From positions 1-59,819 of the IMG/VR virus record IMGVR_UViG_3300033149_006677: DNA of 59,819 bases; one strand, given 5' to 3'. This DNA is from a virus. Its lineage: Duplodnaviria; Caudoviricetes. A model generated the notes under the pieces. It did no database searches, was not told the origin of the DNA, and worked only from the letters and a program-made list of their open reading frames with translations. This document shows positions 46,883 through 56,536 of this stretch, piece by piece (position 1 is the first letter of the stretch; each line of letters starts with the position of its first letter). The position numbers were made by a program, and so were the translations under genes.

Positions 46883-47293
46883 ATGGAGAAGAAAACTAGA
46901 GTTGGAATGTTAGTTTACACATTTGGTTACCAGGGGCGCGATCCGCGAGAGTTGCTTACGCTTTGCAAGCGTAAGGATGCCGTTGTGGTCGATGTGCGTT
47001 ATTCGCCACGATCTAGAAACCCGCGTTGGAATAGGCGGATGCTAGAAAAAGTGCTTGGCGAGCGTTACGTCTGGATTCGCGAGTTTGGAAATAAAAACTA
47101 TGCGACTGGTGGCAGGATCAAGCTTGTGGACTTTGCCGCTGGAGTGGAGAAACTGAATGGCTTGCAGTATAATTGTTGTATCCTTCTTTGCCAAGAGGCG
47201 GATCCCGACAAGTGTCATCGGAAGGTGGTGGCAAGAATGTTGAATCGGCAGGGCTTTGTCTATCTTGGCGAGCTGAAAGGAAAAGCGAGATAA
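46883..47293 (+). CDS. DUF488-family protein (duplicate)
   Basis: Same motifs; DNA repeat 46152-46262 vs 46846-46955. Confidence 0.8.
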   Translation: MEKKTRVGMLVYTFGYQGRDPRELLTLCKRKDAVVVDVRYSPRSRNPRWNRRMLEKVLGERYVWIREFGNKNYATGGRIKLVDFAAGVEKLNGLQYNCCILLCQEADPDKCHRKVVARMLNRQGFVYLGELKGKAR

Positions 47294-48006
47294 TGGCGGG
47301 GAAATCAAAGATCGAATGGACAGACGCTACATGGAATCCGACTATGGGCTGTACCAAGGTTAGCCCAGGTTGTAAGCATTGCTATGCAGAGCGAATCGCC
47401 AAGAGGCTTAAGGCGATGGGAGTACCTGGCTATGAGCGCGGCTTTGAGCTGAGCATCCACAGTAACCTCTTGGACCGCCCTTTGCGCTGGCGGAAGCCTA
47501 GAATGGTATTTGTAAACTCTATGAGCGATCTCTTTCATGAGGATGTTCCTGAGTGGTTTATTCAGAGTGTTTTTGCGATCATGCACAAGGCTTCGTGGCA
47601 TACGTTTCAGATTCTTACCAAGCGCTCTGGGCGCTTGGCGGAGCTTGCTCAGAAGCTGGATTGGGCGGAAAACATCTGGATGGGGGTGTCGGTGGAAAAT
47701 GAGGATTACTTGTTTCGCGTAGATGACTTGCGAAAGACTGAGGCCAAGATCAAGTTCTTATCGTTAGAGCCATTACTTGGCCCGCTTCCGCGTTTGGATT
47801 TAGAGGGGATTGATTGGGTTATTGTTGGTGGGGAGTCTGGCCCCAATGCTAGACCTATGGACATCGGCTGGGTGAGAGAAATTCGTGACAAGTGCCTAGA
47901 GGCAGGGATTCCGTTTTTCTTCAAGCAATGGGGTGGAGTGAACAAAAAGAGCACGGGGCGTGTCTTGGATGGAAGAGTCTGGGATCAAATGCCAAGCAAG
48001 GGGTAG
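47293..48006 (+). CDS. DUF5131 (phage Gp37/Gp68) radical-SAM-like protein
   Basis: SKIEWTD.TWNP..GC.KVSPGC.HCYA, FVNSMSDLFH, GGESG, FFFKQWGG. Confidence 0.95.
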   Translation: MAGKSKIEWTDATWNPTMGCTKVSPGCKHCYAERIAKRLKAMGVPGYERGFELSIHSNLLDRPLRWRKPRMVFVNSMSDLFHEDVPEWFIQSVFAIMHKASWHTFQILTKRSGRLAELAQKLDWAENIWMGVSVENEDYLFRVDDLRKTEAKIKFLSLEPLLGPLPRLDLEGIDWVIVGGESGPNARPMDIGWVREIRDKCLEAGIPFFFKQWGGVNKKSTGRVLDGRVWDQMPSKG

Positions 48007-48090
48007 TTGGGTAGCAGATAGGCCGGTACCATTTTGGTCGGAAGCTATTAGTGAGTTGGCTAATAAGAATTGGAGAAGAGGAGTGGAATA

Positions 48091-48372
48091 ATGTTGAAGT
48101 ATCATAGTTGTGGCGAGCCGATCTGGGAAAACAGAATCTGGAACGGCAAAGCATGGATAAATGTGTATTTGGGACGAGGCGGATTGCCGGCAGAGCGCTG
48201 TCCGCGTTGTACAAGATTGATTATGGAGGATGATCTATCGCCGGTGTGGCTCGATGACTTCTCGGATCTCATTAAATGTGAAAGAGAGGGGATAATCTAT
48301 GATTTAGGATATGACAGTGGCTGGAATGCTGGTTATCGTCTAGGTGTTGAGGATGGGAAGAGGAAGCGATGA
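48091..48372 (+). CDS. Small Zn-finger-like protein
   Basis: HSCG...CPRC. Confidence 0.5.
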   Translation: MLKYHSCGEPIWENRIWNGKAWINVYLGRGGLPAERCPRCTRLIMEDDLSPVWLDDFSDLIKCEREGIIYDLGYDSGWNAGYRLGVEDGKRKR

Positions 48373-49232
48373 GCATGGGAAGGCTAGCGCCACTTCGATG
48401 GTTCGGGGGCAAGTATCATCTTGCGAATAAACTCCTCCCGCTTATTCCCGATCATCATACCTATGTCGAGGTATTTGGTGGTGGGGCTATGCTGTTGTTT
48501 GCTAAGGCGCCATCTCCCGTTGAGGTGTACAATGACATCGACGGTGGCCTGGTAAACTTCTTTCGAGTGATACGCGATGAAAAGAAGTTTAAGCAATTCC
48601 ATAGGCTTGTGTCGTTGACGCCCTACTCTAGAGAGGAGTATTACTTCTGCCGAGATACATGGGAAAGCATTGAGGATGATGTTGAGAGAGCGTATAGGTG
48701 GTACGTTGTAGCGAGAATGGGCTTTAGTGGCGATTTTTCGAAAGGGGGGTGGAGCTTTGCAGTTACGGCGTCCGTGAATGGTATGGCTCAGCCCTGTTGG
48801 CGATGGCTCTCTGGTATTGACAAATTGCCAGAGATTCACAAAAGAATTATAAGAGTTCAAATAGAGCATTATGATTGGAGGAAAATTTTAGAAATATACG
48901 ACACTGAAGATACATTCTTTTATTGTGATCCCCCATATATCTTGAGCACCAGGCGTAGTGGTGGGTATAGATACGAAATGACGAATGATGATCATAAAGA
49001 GCTAGTGGCTGAAGCCTTAAGACTCAAGGGCAAGGTCATGCTGAGTGGATACGATCATCCTATCTACAAGCCACTTGAAGATGCAGGATGGAGCAAGCGA
49101 CAATTCGATGTCGCTTGTGTCGCGGCTGGGCGCACTCGTGCTACTGGATTGCGGGGCGCGGGTTCTGCTAGTCATCAGCGGCGCACAGAGTGTGTGTGGA
49201 TGAACTATGAGATACAGAGAAAGCTATTCTGA
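48369..49232 (+). CDS. Dam-like (D12 class) N6-adenine methyltransferase
   Basis: W.GGK, YVEVFGGG, YND, DPPY. Confidence 0.95.
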   Translation: MSMGRLAPLRWFGGKYHLANKLLPLIPDHHTYVEVFGGGAMLLFAKAPSPVEVYNDIDGGLVNFFRVIRDEKKFKQFHRLVSLTPYSREEYYFCRDTWESIEDDVERAYRWYVVARMGFSGDFSKGGWSFAVTASVNGMAQPCWRWLSGIDKLPEIHKRIIRVQIEHYDWRKILEIYDTEDTFFYCDPPYILSTRRSGGYRYEMTNDDHKELVAEALRLKGKVMLSGYDHPIYKPLEDAGWSKRQFDVACVAAGRTRATGLRGAGSASHQRRTECVWMNYEIQRKLF

Positions 49233-49433
49233 GCTAGGAGGCGTAAATGAGCGAGACTCTTGTGGATGATGTGCGACGACTTATTATTGCTGCTCTAAGG
49301 TGGTACGAAATGAAGTCTGCGGCCAATGCCAGAGAGCTGAGGAACTCAGTTACGGCGCTGTTGTCTGATTTGCGACAAGAAGGGTACGACGAAGATCGCA
49401 TAGACGAGCTATTGGATACATGGAGGAAAAGTA

Positions 49434-50168
49434 ATGGAAAAGCAAATTAGTGGCATTTTGTACCAGCTGACGGAGCAAATCTTTCTAAAAGAGGGACGAC
49501 ACGATCTACACAGCGCATGTTATGGCGCCGAGTATGAGACGGATGTATTTATGATGCATCCTTACTGTTGGTGCCAAAGAGACGAGTGTCCTTGGTGTCG
49601 GGCGGAGGATCCAATGCCTAACTTCTGGTACAAGCCTACCGATTTCAAGGTTTGGTGGTATAAGTATGTTGGGCGCGACATGACGTGTAAGGGAAACTAC
49701 CCTCATGATATGTATGTTAAATGCTTTGAGAGCCTATGGCCCAAGGATAGCGATGAAAATTGCTGGTACTTATTGTTAGAAGAATCAGACATGGTGGCTA
49801 AGCTAGTCTTATGCTTTAATGTCTACGATACAGGATCTAAGGTAGAAGGCGAGATCCCGCTGATGACTTGGTTCGGTTGGCTTTTTGGGTGGGATTTCGA
49901 TGCTTTGTTTTCGGGACTCTTGGATGGGCTTCAGCTGGCGTACAATGACAAAGAGCTGATAAGACGAATTGAGGAGCTGGATCGGCAATATCCGAGCCTT
50001 CGTCGTCTTATCGCCAAGAGGGCGACCGAGTGGCATTTCTCGATGATCGAGTGGCACGAGAAATGGATTAATGAGATCAAGCAAAATGTTCTCAAGGGCA
50101 ACCTTCAGGATGTAACGCCTAGTATGTATCTCTTTGGCGCAGAGGATCTGACGGATGATAGCGAATAA
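49434..50168 (+). CDS. Hypothetical protein (Cys/Trp-rich)
   Basis: ORF in operon. Confidence 0.6.
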   Translation: MEKQISGILYQLTEQIFLKEGRHDLHSACYGAEYETDVFMMHPYCWCQRDECPWCRAEDPMPNFWYKPTDFKVWWYKYVGRDMTCKGNYPHDMYVKCFESLWPKDSDENCWYLLLEESDMVAKLVLCFNVYDTGSKVEGEIPLMTWFGWLFGWDFDALFSGLLDGLQLAYNDKELIRRIEELDRQYPSLRRLIAKRATEWHFSMIEWHEKWINEIKQNVLKGNLQDVTPSMYLFGAEDLTDDSE

Positions 50169-50892
50169 TATGCGGGTCTTTAACCAAGAGCTTTTAAAGT
50201 ATATACCAGAGCACAAGATATACGTCGAGATGTTTGGTTCGGCGGGGGCTTTGCTTTTTACAAAGCCTCCTTCCCAAGTGGAGGTCTATAATGACATAGA
50301 TAGTAATTTGATAAAGCTCTTTGAGGTTTTGCGAAATGTAGTAAAACTTCAAAGCTTTTCGAGAATTGCGAATTTTCCCGATTCATTTATGGGGAGCGAG
50401 TCCCAGGATGAGGAAGGGACCCAGGATTGGGCTTTTTACGTGCGCCTGCATGAATGGTTCAGCAGGGTCAGATCGGTGCTAGATGATAGCAATGTGTACC
50501 GCTCACATAAGCATGTGCAAAGAATCATCCATAATGTTCGTGGACATGGGTCCAAATGGTTAGAGGATGTAGACGGGCTGGAGCAATTGTATGCGCGCAT
50601 GCTTCGAGTGCAGATCGAGCACTACGATTGGAGGAAGATATTCGACATTTACGACAGGCCCCACACATTCTTCTATTGCAATTTCTTGGCTGACTATTGT
50701 GCTGGCATGTTACCAGAGGAGGTAGATGAGTTTATAGAGAGAGCGGATGCGATAAAAGGGATGGCAATGGTTGTTGGGACTAACGGCATCCGCGATAAGT
50801 TGCAGGATCATGGGTGGCATTGTATAATCATAGAGGACGTGGTTGCCCCTGTCATCTTTGTCAACTACGCTCATTCCATCAAGATAATCTAG
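50155..50892 (+). CDS. Degenerate Dam-like methyltransferase (no DPPY)
   Basis: YVEMFG, EVYNDID retained; FFYCNFLA replaces FFYCDPPY. Confidence 0.75.
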   Translation: MIANNMRVFNQELLKYIPEHKIYVEMFGSAGALLFTKPPSQVEVYNDIDSNLIKLFEVLRNVVKLQSFSRIANFPDSFMGSESQDEEGTQDWAFYVRLHEWFSRVRSVLDDSNVYRSHKHVQRIIHNVRGHGSKWLEDVDGLEQLYARMLRVQIEHYDWRKIFDIYDRPHTFFYCNFLADYCAGMLPEEVDEFIERADAIKGMAMVVGTNGIRDKLQDHGWHCIIIEDVVAPVIFVNYAHSIKII

Positions 50893-50904
50893 AGGGGAAA
50901 ATGA

Positions 50905-51765
50905 ATGCCACGAAGTATAACGAAGCCTTTCACATGGTTAGGAGGAAAGCATTTTCTTGTCGGCAAATTGCTACCCTTGGTACCACATCATAAAGCGTAT
51001 ATAGAGCCATTTGGCGGTGGCGCTAGCATGCTGTTGAGAAAGGACCCTGCGCCGATTGAGGTATATAACGACATTGACGCAGGGCTTGCTAATTTCTTTA
51101 GGGTTATAAAAGATGAGGAGAAGTTTAAGAGATTCTACCGAATGGCTGTGCTTACATTAGTGTCTCGTGAAGAATACATGGTATGCCGAGACACATGGCA
51201 AGATGAGAAGGATGATGTCATACGGGCGTATAAATGGTTTGTCGTCGCGAGATTGTCTTTTGGCGGATTGTTCGCTGAGGCATGGGGCTTTTCGGTAAAT
51301 TCCACGTCCAACAACATGGCTCAGCGTTGTGCGTCCTGGATGTCTGCGCTAGCTGGCATGGTAGATGTACACGAGCGATTCAAAAACGTGATAGTTGAGA
51401 ATGCTGATTGGCGTGTTATCATGGATAAGTATGACTCTCCTGATGCTTTTTTCTATCTTGATCCGCCTTATGTTCCATCTACTCGTCGGGCCGGTAAGTA
51501 TGCGCATGAGCTGACTATGCAAGACCATGAGGATTTGATTGAGCGGATCCTGAAAGCGGAGGGCAAGATTCTGCTGAGTGGCTATGACAATGAGCTATAC
51601 GATGGATTGGTCGATGCGGGTTGGACAAAGATGGTGTTCGAGACTACATGTTTCGTTATCGCGCATACCACATTGACGAAAAACCTAGGAAAGGGCGCAT
51701 TGAAGGACCAAAAAAGGCATGAGACAATATGGATGAATTATAACGTGGGGGGCGGATTATGCTAG
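50905..51765 (+). CDS. Dam-like (D12 class) N6-adenine methyltransferase
   Basis: WLGGK, YIEPFGGG, DPPY. Confidence 0.95.
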   Translation: MPRSITKPFTWLGGKHFLVGKLLPLVPHHKAYIEPFGGGASMLLRKDPAPIEVYNDIDAGLANFFRVIKDEEKFKRFYRMAVLTLVSREEYMVCRDTWQDEKDDVIRAYKWFVVARLSFGGLFAEAWGFSVNSTSNNMAQRCASWMSALAGMVDVHERFKNVIVENADWRVIMDKYDSPDAFFYLDPPYVPSTRRAGKYAHELTMQDHEDLIERILKAEGKILLSGYDNELYDGLVDAGWTKMVFETTCFVIAHTTLTKNLGKGALKDQKRHETIWMNYNVGGGLC

Positions 51766-52082
51766 AGACATTCTTGGTTTTGGCGATTCTTGCGATAGCT
51801 AGGCAATATGATGTGTCAGAGCAGTATATGGAATGCATAATATATCATGAGTCGGCAGGCGATCCTGCTGCTGTTGGCGATGAGGGCGAAGCTATTGGAT
51901 TGCTCCAGTGGCATGAGGACTCGTGGAGATTCGTTAGAGAGAAGATGGGCGAGGACCCATCGCCAGAGTTAAGATGGAACCCGATCGAATCTGCAAAAAC
52001 GGCCGCGTATGCCATGCGACAACTCGGTTTGTGGCATTGGTGGTCTACTCACGATATGTGCAAGCAATTCCTTGAGCCGTGA
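51759..52082 (+). CDS. Secreted lytic transglycosylase/lysozyme-like protein
   Basis: Signal helix, II.HES, GLLQ. Confidence 0.7.
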   Translation: MLETFLVLAILAIARQYDVSEQYMECIIYHESAGDPAAVGDEGEAIGLLQWHEDSWRFVREKMGEDPSPELRWNPIESAKTAAYAMRQLGLWHWWSTHDMCKQFLEP

Positions 52083-52124
52083 CGATGCTGAAAAAAACTT
52101 TAACGTTTTCCGATACTTTTGTGC

Positions 52125-52160
52125 AAAAAAAGAGAGGGCGCCACATCGGCGCCCTCTCTT
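52125..52160. terminator. Bidirectional terminator between convergent arms
   Basis: AAAAAAAGAGAGGGCGCC-acatc-GGCGCCCTCTCTT. Confidence 0.85.
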
Positions 52161-52178
52161 GTAATGCTAGCTTTGTAG

Positions 52179-53234
52179 TTACTTGATCTCTTTCACCTTA
52201 TCCCTGATGGCGCGCAAGGCTATAGGCCATGTGTCCTTGCCATCGTACATGGCAAACGCGACGGGCATTGCGCGCTTAGGGATATTCTTCACAACCCATT
52301 GTGCGAAGCTTGCGCGATCTTGGTCAAGCTCTGACGCAATGTTGGCTTTCGTGCATTCAGAGACAACCTCGAGGGCATGATTCTCTATACGCGATACGAT
52401 GGACAAAATACGGGGCAAGAATTCGTCTGGTATTCCCTCGATGTAGTCGGGTAAAGAACCATCCAGCATATACTGGTAGATGCGCTTGGGCGACATATTG
52501 TAGAGCATACGATGGACTCTAAGATAGTCATCGCCCTTGAACTTGAATCGTTGGCCGTCCTTGAATCTTGCTACAAAGCCTTCCATCTCCGCAGCTTCTA
52601 TCTCTCTGGTCGCATCGATGAGCTCATCGATGTTACGGAAGAACCACATTTTAGGCGTAGACAGATTCAGCTCCTTGGCTAATGGCAGAAACTCTGTCAT
52701 CCAGTAGTCCTGTCCCGTAAAGCGATCAATGCAGCCTATTAGCACCAATTCGCTTTTTCCCTTGTAATCTACTACTATTCGGTTTTCTGGATAGATAATC
52801 TCGAATAGCAGCGTTAGATTGTCGGGGATCTTGGATACATCCACGTGCTTGTTGAGCCATTCGGTTGCCCATAGTGCTTGGTCGGATGTAAACGACTGCT
52901 TTGTCGCAATCTTGTGTTCGCCATTCTCGCGATACAAGATGCCCAGGGAGCCGTCCATCTTTGTGGTCACTTCCCGAAGGGGGGCGGATGTGACCCGCCC
53001 CCCTTGATTCCAGTTGAAAAACTTTTCGAATGGTAGCGCGACAATCTCTCTCGTGCTTGGATTGAGAATAAGGCCACGGCAGATACGCTCTACCCAAGGC
53101 CATTTATCCTCTATCACCGCATTCCTGGTGTAGTGCAGTAGCACCAGATCATTGTGTTTTATGCGGCGGATGTTCCAGAGCTTTTCGATTTCTACGCCGC
53201 GCTCGATCATGTCAAACAGGACACTGATATTCAT
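52179..53234 (-). CDS. T4 Rnl1-like RNA ligase
   Basis: CRGLI, PFEKFFN, KMDGSL, FE, EGFV, KFK...Y. Confidence 0.9.
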   Translation of the reverse strand: MNISVLFDMIERGVEIEKLWNIRRIKHNDLVLLHYTRNAVIEDKWPWVERICRGLILNPSTREIVALPFEKFFNWNQGGRVTSAPLREVTTKMDGSLGILYRENGEHKIATKQSFTSDQALWATEWLNKHVDVSKIPDNLTLLFEIIYPENRIVVDYKGKSELVLIGCIDRFTGQDYWMTEFLPLAKELNLSTPKMWFFRNIDELIDATREIEAAEMEGFVARFKDGQRFKFKGDDYLRVHRMLYNMSPKRIYQYMLDGSLPDYIEGIPDEFLPRILSIVSRIENHALEVVSECTKANIASELDQDRASFAQWVVKNIPKRAMPVAFAMYDGKDTWPIALRAIRDKVKEIK

Positions 53235-53244
53235 CTCGTCTCTC

Positions 53245-53604
53245 CTAGATGCCAAGCTTGCGACGAATTAGCTCCACGAATTGTGGACAATACTTGGTTA
53301 TAGCATGTGGTCGCTTGTCGATGAGGCTTTGAGCAATGCGCTTTATTGCGTCCATTGCATCCTCGGCATAGATGGTCGCTGCAATACGGTCGTCTATGCT
53401 AGGATGTGCCCCCTCGCCCCATCGTTTCAAAATATCAATGGTCTCCGACGCGTCTTGGCGCGTCATGTCCTCTGTCTGTAGATCGAACTGGTCAACGAAT
53501 TCCGCAACAGTTGGGAATGCGTCACGGTAGAGATCCGCTTGGCGCTTAATGCGCTCAACTAGATCGTTGATATAGGCCAATTGCTTTTCTGTAGCTTCTC
53601 TCAT
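53245..53604 (-). CDS. Hypothetical protein
   Basis: ATEKQL.YI..L...AS..ID; AAGGAGG RBS. Confidence 0.7.
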   Translation of the reverse strand: MREATEKQLAYINDLVERIKRQADLYRDAFPTVAEFVDQFDLQTEDMTRQDASETIDILKRWGEGAHPSIDDRIAATIYAEDAMDAIKRIAQSLIDKRPHAITKYCPQFVELIRRKLGI

Positions 53605-53807
53605 CGCTGTTTCCTCCTTGCCATTATCCAGGCGTTTCTAATCAGCCTCAGCATTCCAATGGTGAATATAACGATATTCAGGTATAGCAATGCATATCCC
53701 CCTTCCCATGTATCTTTGCGCAAAGATACATGCTTTATTCTGATGTTTTTGTACAGACCCATAGGCCAATGAGAATAGCCAGCGTGAATGACAGCATAAA
53801 CACCAAG

Positions 53808-54197
53808 TCATTCATCTTTCTCCTCCACTACATCTCCTGACGTTACAACATCTTCTGGCTGGTACCCCGAGTTTTCACATGCTCTCTGCAGGAGATCTTC
53901 ATCTACCAGATCGTCAGGCTTCACCCATTTTCTTTTGCGATAGCATTTGACCAAGTAGTAGATTTCTCCCAGGGTTCCCGTGACTGGTAATGTTGGCAGA
54001 TAGATGCCCATGTCGCCAAGGTTGCCAATGCCATATTCGTCGATGACAGTTTTTTTGAATACCTCCAATGTTACTTCCGCATCTTTGCACCAGCATTCCC
54101 AAAGCTTTCGCAATCCCTCGTCAGGATCCTTACATGCATAATAGTCGTTACCATCGAACACGATAGTCGCAAAATAGTAATTAGTCTTGCTCATCAT
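53808..54197 (-). CDS. Hypothetical protein
   Basis: ORF with RBS. Confidence 0.6.
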   Translation of the reverse strand: MMSKTNYYFATIVFDGNDYYACKDPDEGLRKLWECWCKDAEVTLEVFKKTVIDEYGIGNLGDMGIYLPTLPVTGTLGEIYYLVKCYRKRKWVKPDDLVDEDLLQRACENSGYQPEDVVTSGDVVEEKDE

Positions 54198-54582
54198 CCC
54201 CCTCCGCAAAATAGATGTGATTTACTTCATCGTCGCTTATCTCAATTGGGATAAAGCTCGGCGGGATGGAGGCCTCGCCGAGAAGATGCATCAGCCGCTT
54301 CTCATCTACTGGTACATAGCATTGCGCACAGCGCACAGCACCATGATACCAGTAACGAAAGATGGTGTTACTAAAGTCGCTTTCGATGTAGGTAGGCAGC
54401 AGATTGCTCACCTTTTCGATAGGTATCGGTTCGCCCTTGGCGATCATCTCTTTGACTTTCGCCATGCCTTCGGCAAACTCCGCTTGCCACATCTCGAATA
54501 GTCTAGAGAGAATTAGAGAACGGGATGGTTCGATCGTGAGCTTCTCTCCATCCCACAGCGTAAAAACATCATACACCCTCAT
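54181..54582 (-). CDS. Hypothetical protein
   Basis: ORF with GAGGAGG RBS. Confidence 0.6.
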   Translation of the reverse strand: MRVYDVFTLWDGEKLTIEPSRSLILSRLFEMWQAEFAEGMAKVKEMIAKGEPIPIEKVSNLLPTYIESDFSNTIFRYWYHGAVRCAQCYVPVDEKRLMHLLGEASIPPSFIPIEISDDEVNHIYFAEGDDEQD

Positions 54583-54585
54583 CTC

Positions 54586-55002
54586 TCATTCCTCCTCTTC
54601 TAGCAATTGTCTGTTTAATCGCCGTAGCGCGCCATACATGTGTGGTTCCGGTGGCATGATAATAAGCGCGTCGGCATCTGAGTACCATACCCAGTCTAGG
54701 CCAATGCTGTAAAGTATCTCGGTGATTGCCTCGACTGTTGTCATGCGCAGTATCTTTGGCCTAATGACTTCCAGGAAATCTTTTATCCCGCGGATGCACA
54801 ACGCCTTTTGAATGGTTGCAAAAGGGGCTACTCTCTCGAAATTCTCTTCGGCGATTGGCTTAGAAATCCTCCAATCTCCGTATGGTCGCCAATCGCCGTC
54901 GTTCCAGAATTCGCATTCCGGTCCTTTGTATCCAGCATTGGCCGGCAAGATGCACTTCTTCAGAATGCCCACGTACTCGTATGATCGCTTTAGCCTGCTC
55001 AT
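54586..55002 (-). CDS. Hypothetical protein
   Basis: ORF with GGAGG RBS. Confidence 0.6.
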   Translation of the reverse strand: MSRLKRSYEYVGILKKCILPANAGYKGPECEFWNDGDWRPYGDWRISKPIAEENFERVAPFATIQKALCIRGIKDFLEVIRPKILRMTTVEAITEILYSIGLDWVWYSDADALIIMPPEPHMYGALRRLNRQLLEEEE

Positions 55003-55397
55003 TTTACCTCCAATGGATAGCGGACGATTAGAAGCATATCTTTCCATTCGTAGTATGTCCAGTCATCGGCGTCAGCAGCATTTGCTATCGCCTCGATGGC
55101 AGCACGAAACGCTTCAGGTGCGATGTCACCCACAAGCCCTAGATGGTTAAGCTCTGTTCCGATGCTCACGATAAGGGGCTCGATCCCATATATTTCGAGG
55201 GCATTGTACTTTGGGATTCCGATGGGCATCTGCTCCGTTAGATTTTGGAGCTTCACCATCCACATTGGGATGAAGTGCTTTGATCCGAACGGGGAGGAAT
55301 CGCTCTCCTCTGTTCGCAATGGACAGTTTTCCCAATCGTCTTTGTTGAACACGGTAACGATGTTGTAGCGCACGGAGATTTCATCGTCGTGAATCAT
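54999..55397 (-). CDS. Hypothetical protein
   Basis: ORF with RBS. Confidence 0.6.
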   Translation of the reverse strand: MIHDDEISVRYNIVTVFNKDDWENCPLRTEESDSSPFGSKHFIPMWMVKLQNLTEQMPIGIPKYNALEIYGIEPLIVSIGTELNHLGLVGDIAPEAFRAAIEAIANAADADDWTYYEWKDMLLIVRYPLEVK

Positions 55398-55626
55398 TTT
55401 GCTCCCTCCAGAATGCTAGGTTCGCATCAATCTCTTGTTTGATACGCTTGGGCACATGTCCAGTGCGGTAGGTGAATTTTGCCCCCCTGCCTAGGATGCG
55501 CCCAGAAAGACAGCGATCAAGACCTTCTGGTAAATCGCAATATGCCTTCACCCAAGCCTTCTCATCTTGTACGTACACATAGATGTCTCTATGTGTACGA
55601 CTCCATTTGATTACACCATAGCTCAT
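55381..55626 (-). CDS. Hypothetical protein, paralog of 3978-4232
   Basis: Aligned motifs. Confidence 0.7.
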   Translation of the reverse strand: MSYGVIKWSRTHRDIYVYVQDEKAWVKAYCDLPEGLDRCLSGRILGRGAKFTYRTGHVPKRIKQEIDANLAFWREQNDSRR

Positions 55627-55967
55627 TCCATGCCTCCTCTTTTGACATTTGTTGCTCCGAGACCATCTGCGCAGCGCGGTAGGTTCTCATCGTAGACCTC
55701 CAGCGCATGTCGTGCTAGCTGGTACCAATCGACGCGCCCTAGCGCACGATTGGTCAGGTCAGTGACAATGCCGCTGTCTTCGGGAATTTGGCTGATCAGG
55801 TCAAAAACCCAATCCTCGACGAAATTGCAGATGCTGTCGGCAAGCGTAAACTCATCGAGTTTCTGCCCCTCATTCTCCATCTCTTGCAGCATCTCTTGGA
55901 TACATTCCTCAATCCAGAGGTTAAGCGCCCATGTCTCTTTGTTGGCCCATCCCAGAAACTTTTCCAT
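55623..55967 (-). CDS. Acidic early protein (GW.N.ETW family; possible DNA mimic)
   Basis: GWANKETWALNLW...VDW..LA; D/E-rich. Confidence 0.65.
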   Translation of the reverse strand: MEKFLGWANKETWALNLWIEECIQEMLQEMENEGQKLDEFTLADSICNFVEDWVFDLISQIPEDSGIVTDLTNRALGRVDWYQLARHALEVYDENLPRCADGLGATNVKRGGME

Positions 55968-55979
55968 TTTGCTCCTTTC

Positions 55980-56231
55980 TCATCTGAAACTAGGTATGTA
56001 CCAATCGTCGGCGGGGATACCATCTGCCAAGTTTTCGTATTCCCACCGACGTAGGATGCGTGTAAGGCTTGAACATGCTTTCCAGCGTTTCTTTGGATCT
56101 TTTGTTCTCTGGATGACCCGAAGGTCATCCAGAGCGCAGCGCAATTGCGTTTTTCTGAGATGAAGCGCGATAGCTTCATCTCGAAGGTACTTTGCCAATT
56201 CTCGGACAGTCATCACGTAGTCACAATCCAT
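55980..56231 (-). CDS. Hypothetical protein
   Basis: AAGGAGG RBS. Confidence 0.6.
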   Translation of the reverse strand: MDCDYVMTVRELAKYLRDEAIALHLRKTQLRCALDDLRVIQRTKDPKKRWKACSSLTRILRRWEYENLADGIPADDWYIPSFR

Positions 56232-56524
56232 CGCTCGTCCTCCTTCTCATGCTCGTCGTAGTAATTGAGAAGGGCCCTTATGCATGCCAAGCGGCTTCTG
56301 AATGGCCCTATCTCAATTCCCTCCCAGGCATCACCATTTTCATCGACGCCATGCAGGAACCCTCGCCATCCGCCACGTGAGTAGTAGACAGATGCTCGTA
56401 TCCCCGCTTGGAATGACGTACCGTCGCGATGCTGTATCGGCATGTCGCAGGGCTGTATGGGGACATCATCTGACAGCGTAAATGTCTCGACACGATACCA
56501 ATACCATTCGCTTTCTCCTGGCAT
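56213..56524 (-). CDS. Hypothetical protein, paralog of 59202-59474
   Basis: GW...LHGV...G......GPF..R. Confidence 0.65.
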   Translation of the reverse strand: MPGESEWYWYRVETFTLSDDVPIQPCDMPIQHRDGTSFQAGIRASVYYSRGGWRGFLHGVDENGDAWEGIEIGPFRSRLACIRALLNYYDEHEKEDERWIVTT

Positions 56525-56536
56525 CTTGCTCCTTTC

